Source: Clostridia bacterium (GTDB taxonomy: Bacteria > Bacillota > Clostridia > UMGS1840). From it: a DNA stretch of 64,000 nucleotides. Positions 1-10,742 of the stretch are shown in pieces (the first letter of the stretch is position 1; every line of letters begins with the position of its first letter). The notes below the pieces were generated by a model. It searched no databases and was not told the origin of the DNA. It saw only the letters and a program-made list of their open reading frames with translations. The DNA is taken from contig JAZRFJ010000006.1 of NCBI GenBank assembly GCA_045661305.1, positions 14,375 through 78,374 of the forward strand, read 5' to 3'. The position numbers were made by a program, and so were the translations under genes.

Positions 1-887
1 GCTTTTAAAAGTTCATTATCTTCTCCTTTTCCCGATGGCTTTCTTGGGAAAGTAAACTCGCAAATATTATTTTTCCATTCATCTGCCGTTTTACTTGATG
101 CAGTTTTTTTCAAGAGGAGCTGTTCTGCGATAAAAAAGTCGTGGTTTTTTATTATATCTTCGTTTTCACGGCTTAACTCTATTGCAAAATCGTATTTTCT
201 TATATGGTCATCTAAAATATCTTTTGCGTAATTTATAAGAAGCTTGGAAAACACAGACGAAGAAAAGTCTTTTTTTGCATTCTCAAGATTTTCAAGACAC
301 ATTTTGAAAAACGCATCCTCATCTGCAAGAGATTTTACTGTGTTAAAAAAGCCAAGCACCATTTCAATAAAGCTATCCTCTGTGCGTGCATAGCCATAGG
401 TATCAATAAGACGAAGAAAAGCTGTATCGGACATAGAATATTTTTCTTCAATCATTTCCGAAATGACACGGTTTTTCATAGATTTTGTTTCAGCGTCATC
501 TGCAATTCTGTAATTTACAGGAATATCAACGCAGTTTATATTAGCCTTAATCGTGTCAAGACAAAAGCTGTGGATTGTTTTTATGCATGCACCCGGGAGT
601 AACATAAGCTGATTTTTAAGCTTTTTGTTTTGAGGATTTTGTTTAATTCTTTTTATAAGCTCCTTGTGTATTCTTTCTCTCATCTGCGAGGCTGCAAGAT
701 TTGTAAAAGTAACAATAAGAAGATTATCAATATTTGTAGGGTTGTTTTCGTCGGAAATGAGCCTCAAAATTCTTTCAACTAAAACGGCTGTTTTTCCGCT
801 TCCTGCTGCGGCTGAAAGAAGAAGTGCTTTCTCTCTTGTTTCAATTGCTTTTTTCTGGGAGGGGGTAAAATTTATTTTATCAGCCAT
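1..887 (-). CDS. addA: ATP-dependent helicase/nuclease subunit A (AddA), N-terminal part. The gene continues beyond the window start.
   Basis: The reverse strand reads MADKINFTPSQKKAIETREKALLLSAAAGSGKTAVLVERIL... from the ATG at 887..885, which is a UvrD-like Walker A (GSGKT). The ATG overlaps the addB stop (TAATG). The frame stays open to position 1. It is absent from the ORF track because it has no in-window stop. Confidence 0.9.
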   Translation of the reverse strand, partial: MADKINFTPSQKKAIETREKALLLSAAAGSGKTAVLVERILRLISDENNPTNIDNLLIVTFTNLAASQMRERIHKELIKRIKQNPQNKKLKNQLMLLPGACIKTIHSFCLDTIKANINCVDIPVNYRIADDAETKSMKNRVISEMIEEKYSMSDTAFLRLIDTYGYARTEDSFIEMVLGFFNTVKSLADEDAFFKMCLENLENAKKDFSSSVFSKLLINYAKDILDDHIRKYDFAIELSRENEDIIKNHDFFIAEQLLLKKTASSKTADEWKNNICEFTFPRKPSGKGEDNELLK

Positions 888-3800
888 TATGCCCAATCTC
901 CTCTCTTCTCAAAATACTTATCTTTTCCGAGTGAATAAACTGTTTTATACGGGTAAACAGTTTTATCAAACTGACAAATTCCTTTGTAGTCACAGTATTT
1001 ACAAACTGCTTTATCGGAATCACGGTATGGGCGGATATAAAATTCGCCTTTTAATATTTTATTACCCGTCTTTTTCAAAATAGCTTCGCAATCCTCCAAA
1101 AGAAGTGAAAATTGCTCTTTGTATAGAAGATTTTTTAGCTTTATATTACCTTTTGAATCGTTTGAAATATCAGCAACCACAGATTTATAGTTGGGGTTAT
1201 TCTCTAATTCCTTATCTATGGCATAAAGTACCCTTTCGTCATTTAAAACAACACCCTGAAGTGAAAATTTTTCTTTTAACATTGAAGTTATTTCTTCACT
1301 TGCAGGTTTTTTATCAAATTTTAAAAGAGAATGGTCATATGCCATGTAAAATGCTGCACCCGGGAGTAAAATTTTATTAATATCAAGATATTCAGCACCG
1401 TTTTTCACAAGTGTTTGCAAATAAACAAGGAGCTGTATTCTTATCCCCTCTTTAACGAGTGCAAAGTCAATATTTTTTGATGAAGATTTATAATCAATTA
1501 TGCGGACAAAAACGGTATCGTCTTTACCTGCAAAAATATCTGCTCTGTCGATTTTTCCGTAAATTTCCATTACACTTCCATCAGAAAGCGAGAAAGAAAG
1601 AGGTTCAACTCCCTCCTCATTAACAGGAATTTCATAGCCTATCGGTGTAAACATTCCGCTTGTATAATGCTCTTTTATGTATAGGAGTGCTGTTTTTGAA
1701 ATTCTTGTGAGCTTTTTAATAAGATATTTTGTTTTAGGGCTGAAAAGGTTACAGTCAGGGAAGTTTTTTTCAATCTGCGAAAAAACAAGCTTTTGGGTGG
1801 ATTCTTCAATATAGTCGTCCGAAATATCATGCCAGTCCTTGCCCACTTCTTTCATTTTCTTTGCAAAAACATCTAAAACATCGTGTACAATAGTTCCCGT
1901 TTTTGCAAAATCGTATTCCATTTTTTCGGGAGCATTAATTTTTAAAAGATAGCGTAAGAAATAAGAATACGAGCATTTCTGATATGCTTCTATTCTTGAA
2001 ACAGAAGTGTTTAACTTCTTTTGATAAACGGTGTCAATAAGAGCTTTTGAAACCTTTTTTTCGGGGCTGAAATAACCATCTTCCTGCATTTTTTCAAGCT
2101 CTGAAAATAGCTCACCCTTATATTTTGTTACTTCATTTGCTACTGCATCAACATTCCTTTTATCTTCAAATGCGTTATAACGGTTTTCTATTACATATTG
2201 TGTTGCCTCGTGAAGATTTATAAAATTCTTCTCAAAAACAAAATATTTCGATGCATTATTTTTTAAGTTATTCCATATAAATGAGGGCGAAATTGCCTCA
2301 CCGTCAATATTATTTAAGCTTTTTGAAACAAAAAGCATATCTTCCGCACTTATTATACCTCTGTATAGTGCAAGAAAGGACGAACTGTTTTTCCATTTTG
2401 AAGAGGGAAGTGAAATTGTGCTTACTTTTTCAAATTCTTCTCTTTCAATGTCGGAAAGGTAGCTTGTGTCAGTTGTGTTTTTCGGAGTAACTCCGTCATT
2501 AAAGCCAATTATAAACACAATTTTCTTGTCTTTTATTCGTCCTCTCTCTAAGTCCGAAACTAAAACCGAGTCAATGGTATTTGGCAAAACACCTATTTTA
2601 TATATTTCGAGCATTTGGGAGATAAGAGAAGAATATTCTCCAATTTCAATTTCTTCATCGCAAAGTATATCTTCAATATGCTTTACACCGCGGATAAAGG
2701 TGTTATATGCGTTTATGTAAAGCTGTTTTTCGTTAAAATCAGAGAGTGTGTCAATATAGCTTTTCAAAAGCTTTTCAAAATGAGTTTCTTTTATGAAAGC
2801 TTTGATTGCATTTGTATAAACTTCTGCTTTATTTTTCTTTTTTAGCGGTTTAAAGCTTTCTGCAAGCGGTGTGATGAATTTATCATAAACCTTTTGGATA
2901 CTTTTTTCATTTTTGATAAGAAAACTGTTTTTAAGCTTTGCTATTTCGTATGATGATTTCCATTCTGCTTTATTTAAAAGAACACTTTTTTTAATTCTGA
3001 AATTTGATATATATGTTTCAAAAAGTGTTATTTCACTAAAAGCATCGCACATAAAAGAAATGCTTTTTACAAAGCACGAAATGTCCTCGTAATGATAGTT
3101 TTCTTTTACTGAAGAAAGCATATTTATAAAAAATTTGCATACGGGGTTTTTGGAAAGTGCAACTTTTTTATCCATAAAAAACGGGATATCCGAGGCAGTT
3201 AAAAGCTTTTCTGTATAAGGTGAGTATAATTGAGGATTTCCTGAAAGAATACACATATCACTGTAGTGATACCCCTCGCTTGTTTTCTTTTTTATTTCAT
3301 ATATAACGCTTCTTATTTCATCGGCAGGGTTTTTACAGTCTATTGCGATAATGTTTTTTTCTTTGTTTTCTTCTCCGTTAAATATTTTAAGAGTGTTTTT
3401 ATTCGTTTTTTCATCAGAACAAGTGCATATAAAGCTCTTTTGAGATTTTTGTGCCATTTCTTTTAATACACCAAAGGTATTAGATGATATGTAAAACAAA
3501 TCACCCTTATCGTGCTTTTTTGGAGTATCAAGAAGAAGTGTAACATACATATTACGGCAGTTTTTGAAAAGTGCCTTTATCACTTCAAGCTCTGAGGGAG
3601 AAAAGTGAATAAAACCGTCTATATATATTTCATAGTCTTTAAAAAGTTCATTTTCAGTTATGTTTTTAGTAAGAAGCTTAAATATATCTTCATAGCCTGA
3701 AAAATTATTTTTGAGATATTTGTCATATTCCTCCATGATAATACTTAAATCTGTTATCTTATCATAAAGCGAAGGTGTTTTTATAAAATCATCTTTAATA

Positions 3801-4216
3801 TCTAAGAGGAGTGTATAATCTATAAGATGTGTTTTAAGCTCGGTTATTACATCCTTGAATATAAGAATACTGTCAGGATTTTTACTTCTGTTTTTTAATG
3901 ATTTAAGACGGGAGGCATGTTTTTTTATCACAGAAAAAAGTATAAGGTCTTTTATTTCTTCTGTAACAAAATCCTGTTTTTCTTTGGAATATTTTTTGTT
4001 TATAAGTTCTGCCAATCTTTTAAAGGTTATTGTTTGTGTAAGATGCGAAAATTTTTCTCCTAAGTTTGAAAGAACGCTTTTGTCAGCCTGCAAGCTTGTC
4101 TGTTCAGGAACAATATAAAGAACCTTACGGGAATTTTGTAAGGAAAATTTTATATTTGAGAAAATATAATCTTCACTGCCTTTAAGATACGGGCCGTATA
4201 TGATTTCCAAAGCCAA
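887..4216 (-). CDS. addB: ATP-dependent helicase/deoxyribonuclease subunit B (AddB/RexB)
   Basis: The ORF is 1128 aa and sits upstream of addA. The C-terminal RecB-like nuclease carries an Fe-S Cys set (QKCSYSYF ... CKYCDYKGIC). The likely true start is the TTG at 4216, preceded by GGGGGGTG; the ORF track extends it to 4273. The N-terminal Walker A is degenerate (GPYLKGSEDY). Confidence 0.88.
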   Translation of the reverse strand: MALEIIYGPYLKGSEDYIFSNIKFSLQNSRKVLYIVPEQTSLQADKSVLSNLGEKFSHLTQTITFKRLAELINKKYSKEKQDFVTEEIKDLILFSVIKKHASRLKSLKNRSKNPDSILIFKDVITELKTHLIDYTLLLDIKDDFIKTPSLYDKITDLSIIMEEYDKYLKNNFSGYEDIFKLLTKNITENELFKDYEIYIDGFIHFSPSELEVIKALFKNCRNMYVTLLLDTPKKHDKGDLFYISSNTFGVLKEMAQKSQKSFICTCSDEKTNKNTLKIFNGEENKEKNIIAIDCKNPADEIRSVIYEIKKKTSEGYHYSDMCILSGNPQLYSPYTEKLLTASDIPFFMDKKVALSKNPVCKFFINMLSSVKENYHYEDISCFVKSISFMCDAFSEITLFETYISNFRIKKSVLLNKAEWKSSYEIAKLKNSFLIKNEKSIQKVYDKFITPLAESFKPLKKKNKAEVYTNAIKAFIKETHFEKLLKSYIDTLSDFNEKQLYINAYNTFIRGVKHIEDILCDEEIEIGEYSSLISQMLEIYKIGVLPNTIDSVLVSDLERGRIKDKKIVFIIGFNDGVTPKNTTDTSYLSDIEREEFEKVSTISLPSSKWKNSSSFLALYRGIISAEDMLFVSKSLNNIDGEAISPSFIWNNLKNNASKYFVFEKNFINLHEATQYVIENRYNAFEDKRNVDAVANEVTKYKGELFSELEKMQEDGYFSPEKKVSKALIDTVYQKKLNTSVSRIEAYQKCSYSYFLRYLLKINAPEKMEYDFAKTGTIVHDVLDVFAKKMKEVGKDWHDISDDYIEESTQKLVFSQIEKNFPDCNLFSPKTKYLIKKLTRISKTALLYIKEHYTSGMFTPIGYEIPVNEEGVEPLSFSLSDGSVMEIYGKIDRADIFAGKDDTVFVRIIDYKSSSKNIDFALVKEGIRIQLLVYLQTLVKNGAEYLDINKILLPGAAFYMAYDHSLLKFDKKPASEEITSMLKEKFSLQGVVLNDERVLYAIDKELENNPNYKSVVADISNDSKGNIKLKNLLYKEQFSLLLEDCEAILKKTGNKILKGEFYIRPYRDSDKAVCKYCDYKGICQFDKTVYPYKTVYSLGKDKYFEKRGDWA

Positions 4217-4383
4217 ATTAAAACACCCCCCATTTTTTACAAAAATTATACCATAATTTTTTTTATTTGTCAATTAAAGCAGTAATATAAAAAGCCCTAA
4301 ATGTAGTAAAAGCAAGGATAAAGGGAAAAAAACCAAGAAAAACAAAAAAATGAAAAAAATTTGAAAAAAATATCAAAAAATGA

Positions 4384-4412
4384 TTGACAACAGACGAAAG
4401 ATATATTATAAT
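4384..4412 (+). promoter_or_regulatory. Sigma-A type promoter of rpsU
   Basis: TTGACA (4384-4389), a 17-nt spacer and TATAAT (4407-4412), both hexamers perfect consensus. Phased A-tracts lie upstream. Confidence 0.75.
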
Positions 4413-4491
4413 AATCATTGTGAGTTTACAAAATACACTTGTCCGTGCAGTAATAAAACTGCGTTTTTCGGGAGGGAGGGACAACAATATC

Positions 4492-4668
4492 ATGGCTGAA
4501 ATCAGATTAAAAGATAACGAATCATTAGATAATGCTCTCAAAAGATTTAAAAGACAGTGTGCCAAAGCAGGCGTTTTGTCAGAAATCAGAAAAAGAGAAC
4601 ACTACGTTAAACCAAGCGTAAAAAGAAAGAAAAAATCAGAAGAAGCAAGAAAAAGAAAATTCAAATAA
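4492..4668 (+). CDS. rpsU: 30S ribosomal protein S21
   Basis: [58 protein letters not shown] is a typical 58-aa S21. The RBS GGAGGGAGGG lies upstream. The ORF-track ORF 4384..4668 is an upstream over-extension. Confidence 0.95.
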   Translation: MAEIRLKDNESLDNALKRFKRQCAKAGVLSEIRKREHYVKPSVKRKKKSEEARKRKFK

Positions 4669-4804
4669 GAATTTTTCAACTTCTTTATTTTAAATTTTTG
4701 TTTGTTCGGTGTTTTTATAACACGGACTTACTCTCTCATAAAAATTGTATGCGGATAGACATTTCTTGATAAACTCATATTAAATAAGAAAATTAATTTA
4801 TGAT

Positions 4805-4844
4805 AAAAAACAGTGCAAAGCAAAAATGCTTTGCACTGTTTTTT
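4805..4844. terminator. Bidirectional intrinsic terminator (rpsU on +, parB-like on -)
   Basis: An 11-bp perfect stem, CAGTGCAAAGC / GCTTTGCACTG, is flanked by A6 upstream and T6 downstream. Confidence 0.85.
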
Positions 4845-4860
4845 ATGAGATTAGAACATC

Positions 4861-5700
4861 TTACGAACTTACAGCAGTCTTTTTATCTATTACTATGTGG
4901 TACTCTATAAAATCTTCTGTTTCATTTTTCTTTGTTTTTGTTTCTATGCCCGCTTTTTTCATTATTTCAACTGCCTGATTTACTGTGTTTGTAAAAATTC
5001 TTATGTCTTTAAAGAGAGGTAACACTCTTTTATTTCTTGCCTTTTCTCTTTTGGTATTAAGAAGAAGCTCGTCTATATATTTTTCGCTTTCAGTAACATT
5101 AAGCCCTTTTTCTATTATTGTTTTTATCGCTTTTAGTTGAAGAATTTCGTTTGATATTCGCATAAGTGCGCGGCAATGTCTTTCGGTAAGATTGTTTTCC
5201 ACTACTTTTGTTTTTATTTCATCACTCAATTTTAAAAGTCTTAATTTATTTGCAACAGCACTCTGGCTTTTTCCGAGCTTAAAGGCAAGCTCGTCCTGTG
5301 TAAGAGAAAACTCTAAAATAAGCTTTTCATACGCAAGTGCTTCTTCAAAAAATGAAAGATTTTCCCTTTGCAAGTTTTCTATAAGTGCTATAACAGCAGA
5401 TTTTTCTTCTTCTATGTTCATAATAATTGCAGGAACGGTTTTAAGACCGATAAGCTTTGAGGCTTTAAGACGCCTCTCACCCGAAATAAGCTCGTATGTA
5501 TTATCGTCAAGTTTCCTTACATTAAGTGGCTGAATAACTCCGCATGAACGGATTGATTCTGCAAGCTCAAAAAGAGCTGCTTCGTCAAATATCCGTCTTG
5601 GCTGATTAGGATTTTTCTTTATAGCATCAACTGGAATACTGAATAATGTGTTTTTTGAGGCAATCGGTTCAAAGTGTGGGCTTTTTATTTTAAATTGCAT
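4861..5700 (-). CDS. parB: ParB/Spo0J/Noc family DNA-binding partition protein
   Basis: 279 aa with ParB N-terminal box motifs (VIQPLNVRK, ISGERRLKASKL, ALIENLQRENLSFFEEALAY) and an HTH (TQDELAFKLGKSQSAVANKLRLLKL). There is no adjacent parA. Confidence 0.85.
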   Translation of the reverse strand: MQFKIKSPHFEPIASKNTLFSIPVDAIKKNPNQPRRIFDEAALFELAESIRSCGVIQPLNVRKLDDNTYELISGERRLKASKLIGLKTVPAIIMNIEEEKSAVIALIENLQRENLSFFEEALAYEKLILEFSLTQDELAFKLGKSQSAVANKLRLLKLSDEIKTKVVENNLTERHCRALMRISNEILQLKAIKTIIEKGLNVTESEKYIDELLLNTKREKARNKRVLPLFKDIRIFTNTVNQAVEIMKKAGIETKTKKNETEDFIEYHIVIDKKTAVSS

Positions 5701-5861
5701 ATTTCACAGTCCTTTCATTGATAATATCTATATTTGGCAAAAATTGCCAACTTTTTCTTTATTATACACAAAATATTCCATTTTGTAAAGAAAAATCGTT
5801 CGACAAAAAACCCTAAAAAAGAAAATGGAAAAAATTCAATAAAAAAATTTTTTAAAATGTA

Positions 5862-5890
5862 TTGTAATTAATTAAGAAATGATTTATAAT
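5862..5890 (+). promoter_or_regulatory. Candidate sigma-A promoter of uvrB
   Basis: TTGTAA (5862-5867), a 17-nt spacer and TATAAT (5885-5890), about 35 nt before the uvrB ATG. Confidence 0.5.
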
Positions 5891-5925
5891 GTATTGTTAG
5901 ATAGCAAAGAAAGGACGGGAGAAAC

Positions 5926-7887
5926 ATGGATAAGTTTAAGCTTGTAAGTAATTTTAAGCCGATGGGCGACCAGATTAATGCTATAAAAGAGCTTTCGGAC
6001 GGTGTTATAAATAATAAGCGTTTCCAGACACTGCTTGGTGTTACAGGCTCAGGTAAAACCTTTACCATAGCAAATGTAATCGAAAAAGTTCAGAAGCCTA
6101 CGCTTGTTCTTGCACATAATAAAACTCTTGCCGCACAGCTTTGCAGTGAGTTTAAGGAATTTTTCCCTGAAAATGCAGTTGAATATTTTGTTTCTTACTA
6201 TGACTATTATCAGCCTGAAGCATATATTCCGCATACAGATACTTTTATCGAAAAGGATTCGCAGATAAATGATGAAATAGATAAATTAAGACACAGTGCA
6301 ACAACGGCACTTTTTGAAAGGAAAGATGTTATTATAGTTGCAAGTGTGTCGTGCATATACGGACTTGGTGACCCTGAGGATTACACAGAGCTTTGTGTAT
6401 CACTCCGTGTCGGAATGGAAAGGGACAGAGATGAGGTCTTAAAAAAGCTTATTGAAATACAGTATGAAAGAAATCAGATAGATTTTCACAGAGGAACTTT
6501 CAGGGTAAACGGAGATGTTCTTGACATTTTCCCCATAAACACATCGGAAAAGGTTTTGAGAGTAGAGTTTTTTGGTGATGAAATCGACAGAATTACAGAA
6601 ATAGACCCTCTTACAGGAGAGGTTTTGGGCGAGCGTAACCATATTGCAGTTTTTCCTGCCTCCCACTATGCCACATCTACTCAAAAGATGGTAAAAGCAC
6701 TTGACGGCATTGAAGAAGAAATGAAAGAGAGAGTGGAATATTTTAAAGATAATGACAAGCTTATAGAGGCACAGAGAATTGAACAGAGAACTAATTATGA
6801 TATGGAAATGATGAGGGAAGTCGGCTTTTGTAACGGAATAGAAAACTATTCAAGGCATATAAGCGGACGGGAGCCTGGCAGTGCACCATATACTCTTATG
6901 GACTATTTTCCCGATGATTTTCTTTTGGTGGTTGATGAAAGCCATGTAACACTCCCACAGGTAAGAGGAATGTTTGCAGGAGATAAGGCACGAAAAACCT
7001 CGCTTGTTGAATACGGGTTCAGGCTTCCGAGTGCATTTGATAACAGACCGCTTAATTTCGATGAATTTATGGAGAGAATAAATCAGGCGATTTTTGTAAG
7101 TGCAACACCACAGAGCTTTGAAAAAGAGCTTTCACAAGGAATATCGGAGCAGGTTATCCGTCCGACAGGCTTATTAGACCCCGAAATTTCAGTACGACCT
7201 ATTGACGGACAGATTGATGACCTTCTTTCCGAGATAAATGTAACTGTCGGAAACGGTGAGCGAGTTCTTATAACTACTTTAACAAAAAGAATGGCGGAAG
7301 ACCTTACGAAATATTTCACAGATGCAGGTGTCAAAGTAAGGTATCTTCATTCAGATATTGATACGATTGAAAGAATGGAAATAATAAGAGATTTAAGAGC
7401 AGGAGAATTTGATGTTTTAATCGGTATTAACCTTTTAAGAGAGGGACTTGATTTGCCTGAGGTTTCTCTTATTGCTATTTTAGATGCAGATAAGCAAGGT
7501 TTTTTAAGAAGTGAAAGCTCGCTTATCCAGACAATAGGGCGTGCCGCAAGAAACGAAAACGGCAGAGTTATAATGTATGCTGATGAGCTTACATCTGCAA
7601 TGGAAAGTGCAATAAATGAAACAAACAGACGACGCGAAATTCAGGATAACTATAATAAAGAACATGGAATAATACCTAAAACTGTTAAGAAAGACATAAG
7701 AGAAATTATAGAGGCCACTTCAAAGGCACAGCCTGACAGTAAGAGAAAATCAAGAAAAAGCGAAGCAGATTTTGACGAGCTTGAAATTCTAAGACTTACA
7801 GAAGAAATGAATAAAGCGGCTAAAAATCTCGAATTTGAAAAGGCTGCCCAAATCCGTGATAAAATCAAATTTTTATCAGGGAAATAA
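5926..7887 (+). CDS. uvrB: Excinuclease ABC subunit B
   Basis: 653 aa with Walker A GVTGSGKT, helicase motifs and the C-terminal UVR domain ([12 protein letters not shown]). Confidence 0.97.
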   Translation: MDKFKLVSNFKPMGDQINAIKELSDGVINNKRFQTLLGVTGSGKTFTIANVIEKVQKPTLVLAHNKTLAAQLCSEFKEFFPENAVEYFVSYYDYYQPEAYIPHTDTFIEKDSQINDEIDKLRHSATTALFERKDVIIVASVSCIYGLGDPEDYTELCVSLRVGMERDRDEVLKKLIEIQYERNQIDFHRGTFRVNGDVLDIFPINTSEKVLRVEFFGDEIDRITEIDPLTGEVLGERNHIAVFPASHYATSTQKMVKALDGIEEEMKERVEYFKDNDKLIEAQRIEQRTNYDMEMMREVGFCNGIENYSRHISGREPGSAPYTLMDYFPDDFLLVVDESHVTLPQVRGMFAGDKARKTSLVEYGFRLPSAFDNRPLNFDEFMERINQAIFVSATPQSFEKELSQGISEQVIRPTGLLDPEISVRPIDGQIDDLLSEINVTVGNGERVLITTLTKRMAEDLTKYFTDAGVKVRYLHSDIDTIERMEIIRDLRAGEFDVLIGINLLREGLDLPEVSLIAILDADKQGFLRSESSLIQTIGRAARNENGRVIMYADELTSAMESAINETNRRREIQDNYNKEHGIIPKTVKKDIREIIEATSKAQPDSKRKSRKSEADFDELEILRLTEEMNKAAKNLEFEKAAQIRDKIKFLSGK

Positions 7888-7916
7888 AGTATTAAGTATC
7901 AGGAGGGTGAAATATA

Positions 7917-10739
7917 ATGGCTGATTATATAAAAATATCGGGTGCAAGAGAGCATAATCTCAAGAATATAGATTTAAAAATTCCCAGAGATAAGCTTGTG
8001 GTTTTTACAGGTGTTTCAGGCTCGGGGAAATCATCAATAGCATTTGACACCATCTATGCAGAGGGACAAAGAAGATATGTTGAGTCCTTGTCTTCTTATG
8101 CAAGAATGTTTTTAGGACAAATGGCAAAGCCGTCTGTTGAGAGTATAGAAGGTCTTTCTCCTGCTGTTGCGATAGACCAGAAAACAACATCAAAAAATCC
8201 CCGTTCAACAGTTGGAACGGTTACTGAGATATATGATTATTTAAGGCTTTTGTATGCAGGGATAGGTGTTCCTCATTGTCCTTGCTGCGGTAAAGCTATA
8301 AAAAAACAGACTGTTGATATGATTGTCGATAAAATTATGTCAAAAGGCGAGGGTGCAAAAATCATAATAGGAGCGCCCGTTATTCGCGGAAGAAAGGGCG
8401 AGCATACAAAAATATTTGAAAAAGCAAGAAAAAGCGGTTTTGTCCGTGCAAAGGTTGACGGAATTATGTATGACCTTTCGGAAGAAATAAAGCTTGAAAA
8501 AAATAAAAAGCACGATATAGATATAATTATTGACAGAATTGCTGTGAAAGAAGAGATTATAGGAAGAATAACCGATTCTGTTGAAACGGCAACAAAGCTT
8601 ACTGACGGACTTTTAACACTTATTGACCATAAAACAAACGAGTCTGAAAGCTTCAGCCTTAATTATGCGTGTCCTGATTGCGATATAAGTATAGGGGAAT
8701 TAACTTCACGCTCATTTTCTTTCAATAATCCGTTTGGTGCATGTAGTGAGTGTGGAGGAATAGGGCATCTTATGAAAATAGACCCTGACAGAATATGCGA
8801 CAGAACAAAATCTGTCATACAGGGTGCAATAGCTGCAAGCGGTTGGTATGCGGCTGATAAAGAGGACAGCACTTGTTACAGTATTTATTCTGCACTTTCA
8901 AAGCATTACGGCTTTTCGCTTGAAATTCCGCTTTGTGAGCAGGAAGAGTGGGTTACAGACTTACTTCTTTACGGAAACAACGGAGAAAAAATTGAAATTG
9001 AATATTCAAGAAACGGACGAAAAGGCTCGTATATAACGGACTTTGAGGGCGTTGTAAACAACCTTGAGAGAAGATATAAAGAAACACAGTCAAGCTGGAC
9101 AAGACGGGAAATAGAGCTTTTAATGTCACAAAAACCGTGTCCTGTCTGCAAGGGTGCAAGACTTAACAAGGAAGCACTCGGTGTTACTGTTGGCGGAATT
9201 AATATATACGAGCTTACATGTAAGCCTGTAAAAGAGCTTATAGAATTTTTTAAGAATTTAGAGCTTACCGAGAAAGAAAAAGCTATTTCGGAAAGACTTT
9301 TAAAGGAGATATGGGAAAGACTTGGATTTCTTAATAAGGTCGGGCTTTCATATCTTACTTTATCAAGAAGTGCAGGAACCTTGTCGGGCGGTGAGGCGCA
9401 GAGAATAAGGCTTGCAACACAGATAGGCTCTTCTCTTATGGGAGTTTTATATGTTCTTGATGAGCCGAGTATCGGACTTCATCAGAGAGATAACGAAAAG
9501 CTTATAGAAACCTTACTCAAATTAAGAGATTTAGGAAACACAGTGCTTGTTGTAGAGCATGACGAGGATACAATAAAAAATGCAGATTATGTTTTCGACT
9601 TCGGTCCTGGTGCAGGTGTTCATGGCGGATATATTGTTGCACAGGGTAAACCTGAAGAAATCGAAAAATGTGAAAAATCTCTCACAGGGGATTATTTAGC
9701 AGGCAGAAAAACAATCGAAGTTCCAAAAGAAAGAAGAAAAGGAAACGGAAGCTTCTTAACTATAAAAGGTGCAAAAGAAAATAACCTTAAAAATATTGAT
9801 GTTTCGCTTCCGCTTGGTGTTATGACCGTTGTTACAGGCGTTTCAGGCTCAGGAAAATCTTCACTTATAAATCAGATTTTGTATAAGGAGCTTTTTTATA
9901 AGCTTAACGGTGGTAAAACCAAAGGCGGTAAGCATGATGAAATTACAGGAGTTGAAAACCTTGATAAAATCATCGCTATTGACCAGACCCCGATAGGAAG
10001 AACTCCGAGGTCAAACCCTGCAACTTATACAGGCGTGTTTTCACATATCAGGGATTTATTCGCACAGACAGCCGACGCAAAGATGAAAGGATATACTTCA
10101 AGCCGTTTCAGCTTCAATGTAAAAGGCGGAAGATGTGAGGCTTGTGAGGGCGACGGTATAGTTAAAATCGAGATGCACTTTTTACCTGATGTTTTTGTTG
10201 AGTGCGATGTATGTAAAGGGAAAAGATATAACAGAGAAACTTTAGAGGTTAAATATAAAGGTAAAAATATAAGTGAAGTTCTAGATATGACGGTAGAAGA
10301 AGGATTAAAATTCTTTGAAAATATTCCGTCAATAAAAAGAAAACTGCAATTACTTGAAGATGTAGGGCTTGGGTATATAAAAATAGGACAGCCCTCAACT
10401 ACACTTTCAGGCGGTGAGGCACAGAGAGTAAAGCTGGCAACAGAGCTTTCAAAAAGACCGACAGGAAAAACCATTTATATTTTAGACGAGCCTACAACGG
10501 GACTTCATTTCCACGATGTCAAGCGTCTTATTGAGGTTCTTCAAAGACTTTGCGAGGGCGGGAATACGATAGTTATAATTGAGCATAACCTCGATGTTAT
10601 AAAAATAGCAGATTATATTATTGATATGGGCCCCGAGGGCGGTGACGAGGGCGGAGAGGTTATCGCTATGGGGACACCTGAAGAAGTTGCAAAAAACAAA
10701 AAATCATATACAGGCAGATTTTTAAAGGAGAAATTATAA
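7917..10739 (+). CDS. uvrA: Excinuclease ABC subunit A
   Basis: 940 aa with two ABC ATPase modules (GVSGSGKSS twice, LSGGEAQR twice) and Zn-finger CxxC pairs. Confidence 0.97.
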   Translation: MADYIKISGAREHNLKNIDLKIPRDKLVVFTGVSGSGKSSIAFDTIYAEGQRRYVESLSSYARMFLGQMAKPSVESIEGLSPAVAIDQKTTSKNPRSTVGTVTEIYDYLRLLYAGIGVPHCPCCGKAIKKQTVDMIVDKIMSKGEGAKIIIGAPVIRGRKGEHTKIFEKARKSGFVRAKVDGIMYDLSEEIKLEKNKKHDIDIIIDRIAVKEEIIGRITDSVETATKLTDGLLTLIDHKTNESESFSLNYACPDCDISIGELTSRSFSFNNPFGACSECGGIGHLMKIDPDRICDRTKSVIQGAIAASGWYAADKEDSTCYSIYSALSKHYGFSLEIPLCEQEEWVTDLLLYGNNGEKIEIEYSRNGRKGSYITDFEGVVNNLERRYKETQSSWTRREIELLMSQKPCPVCKGARLNKEALGVTVGGINIYELTCKPVKELIEFFKNLELTEKEKAISERLLKEIWERLGFLNKVGLSYLTLSRSAGTLSGGEAQRIRLATQIGSSLMGVLYVLDEPSIGLHQRDNEKLIETLLKLRDLGNTVLVVEHDEDTIKNADYVFDFGPGAGVHGGYIVAQGKPEEIEKCEKSLTGDYLAGRKTIEVPKERRKGNGSFLTIKGAKENNLKNIDVSLPLGVMTVVTGVSGSGKSSLINQILYKELFYKLNGGKTKGGKHDEITGVENLDKIIAIDQTPIGRTPRSNPATYTGVFSHIRDLFAQTADAKMKGYTSSRFSFNVKGGRCEACEGDGIVKIEMHFLPDVFVECDVCKGKRYNRETLEVKYKGKNISEVLDMTVEEGLKFFENIPSIKRKLQLLEDVGLGYIKIGQPSTTLSGGEAQRVKLATELSKRPTGKTIYILDEPTTGLHFHDVKRLIEVLQRLCEGGNTIVIIEHNLDVIKIADYIIDMGPEGGDEGGEVIAMGTPEEVAKNKKSYTGRFLKEKL

Positions 10740-10742
10740 GAA

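Noticed and set aside
4263-4565. A 100-aa minus-strand ORF overlapping the rpsU promoter and gene.
   Set aside because: It is antisense to rpsU and the A-tract region, with a poly-Phe/Ile translation. It is not credible.
5790-5802. Cheo/LexA-like box GAAAAATCGTTCG upstream of uvrB.
   Set aside because: The left half-site deviates from CGAAC (AGAAA). The site lies ~60 nt upstream of the predicted -35 rather than overlapping the promoter. That is too weak to call without a position-weight-matrix scan.
5701-5925. Possible oriC or DnaA-box cluster near parB and the rpmH block.
   Set aside because: I found only one near-match by eye (TTATACACA at ~5763). There is no cluster and no adjacent dnaA.
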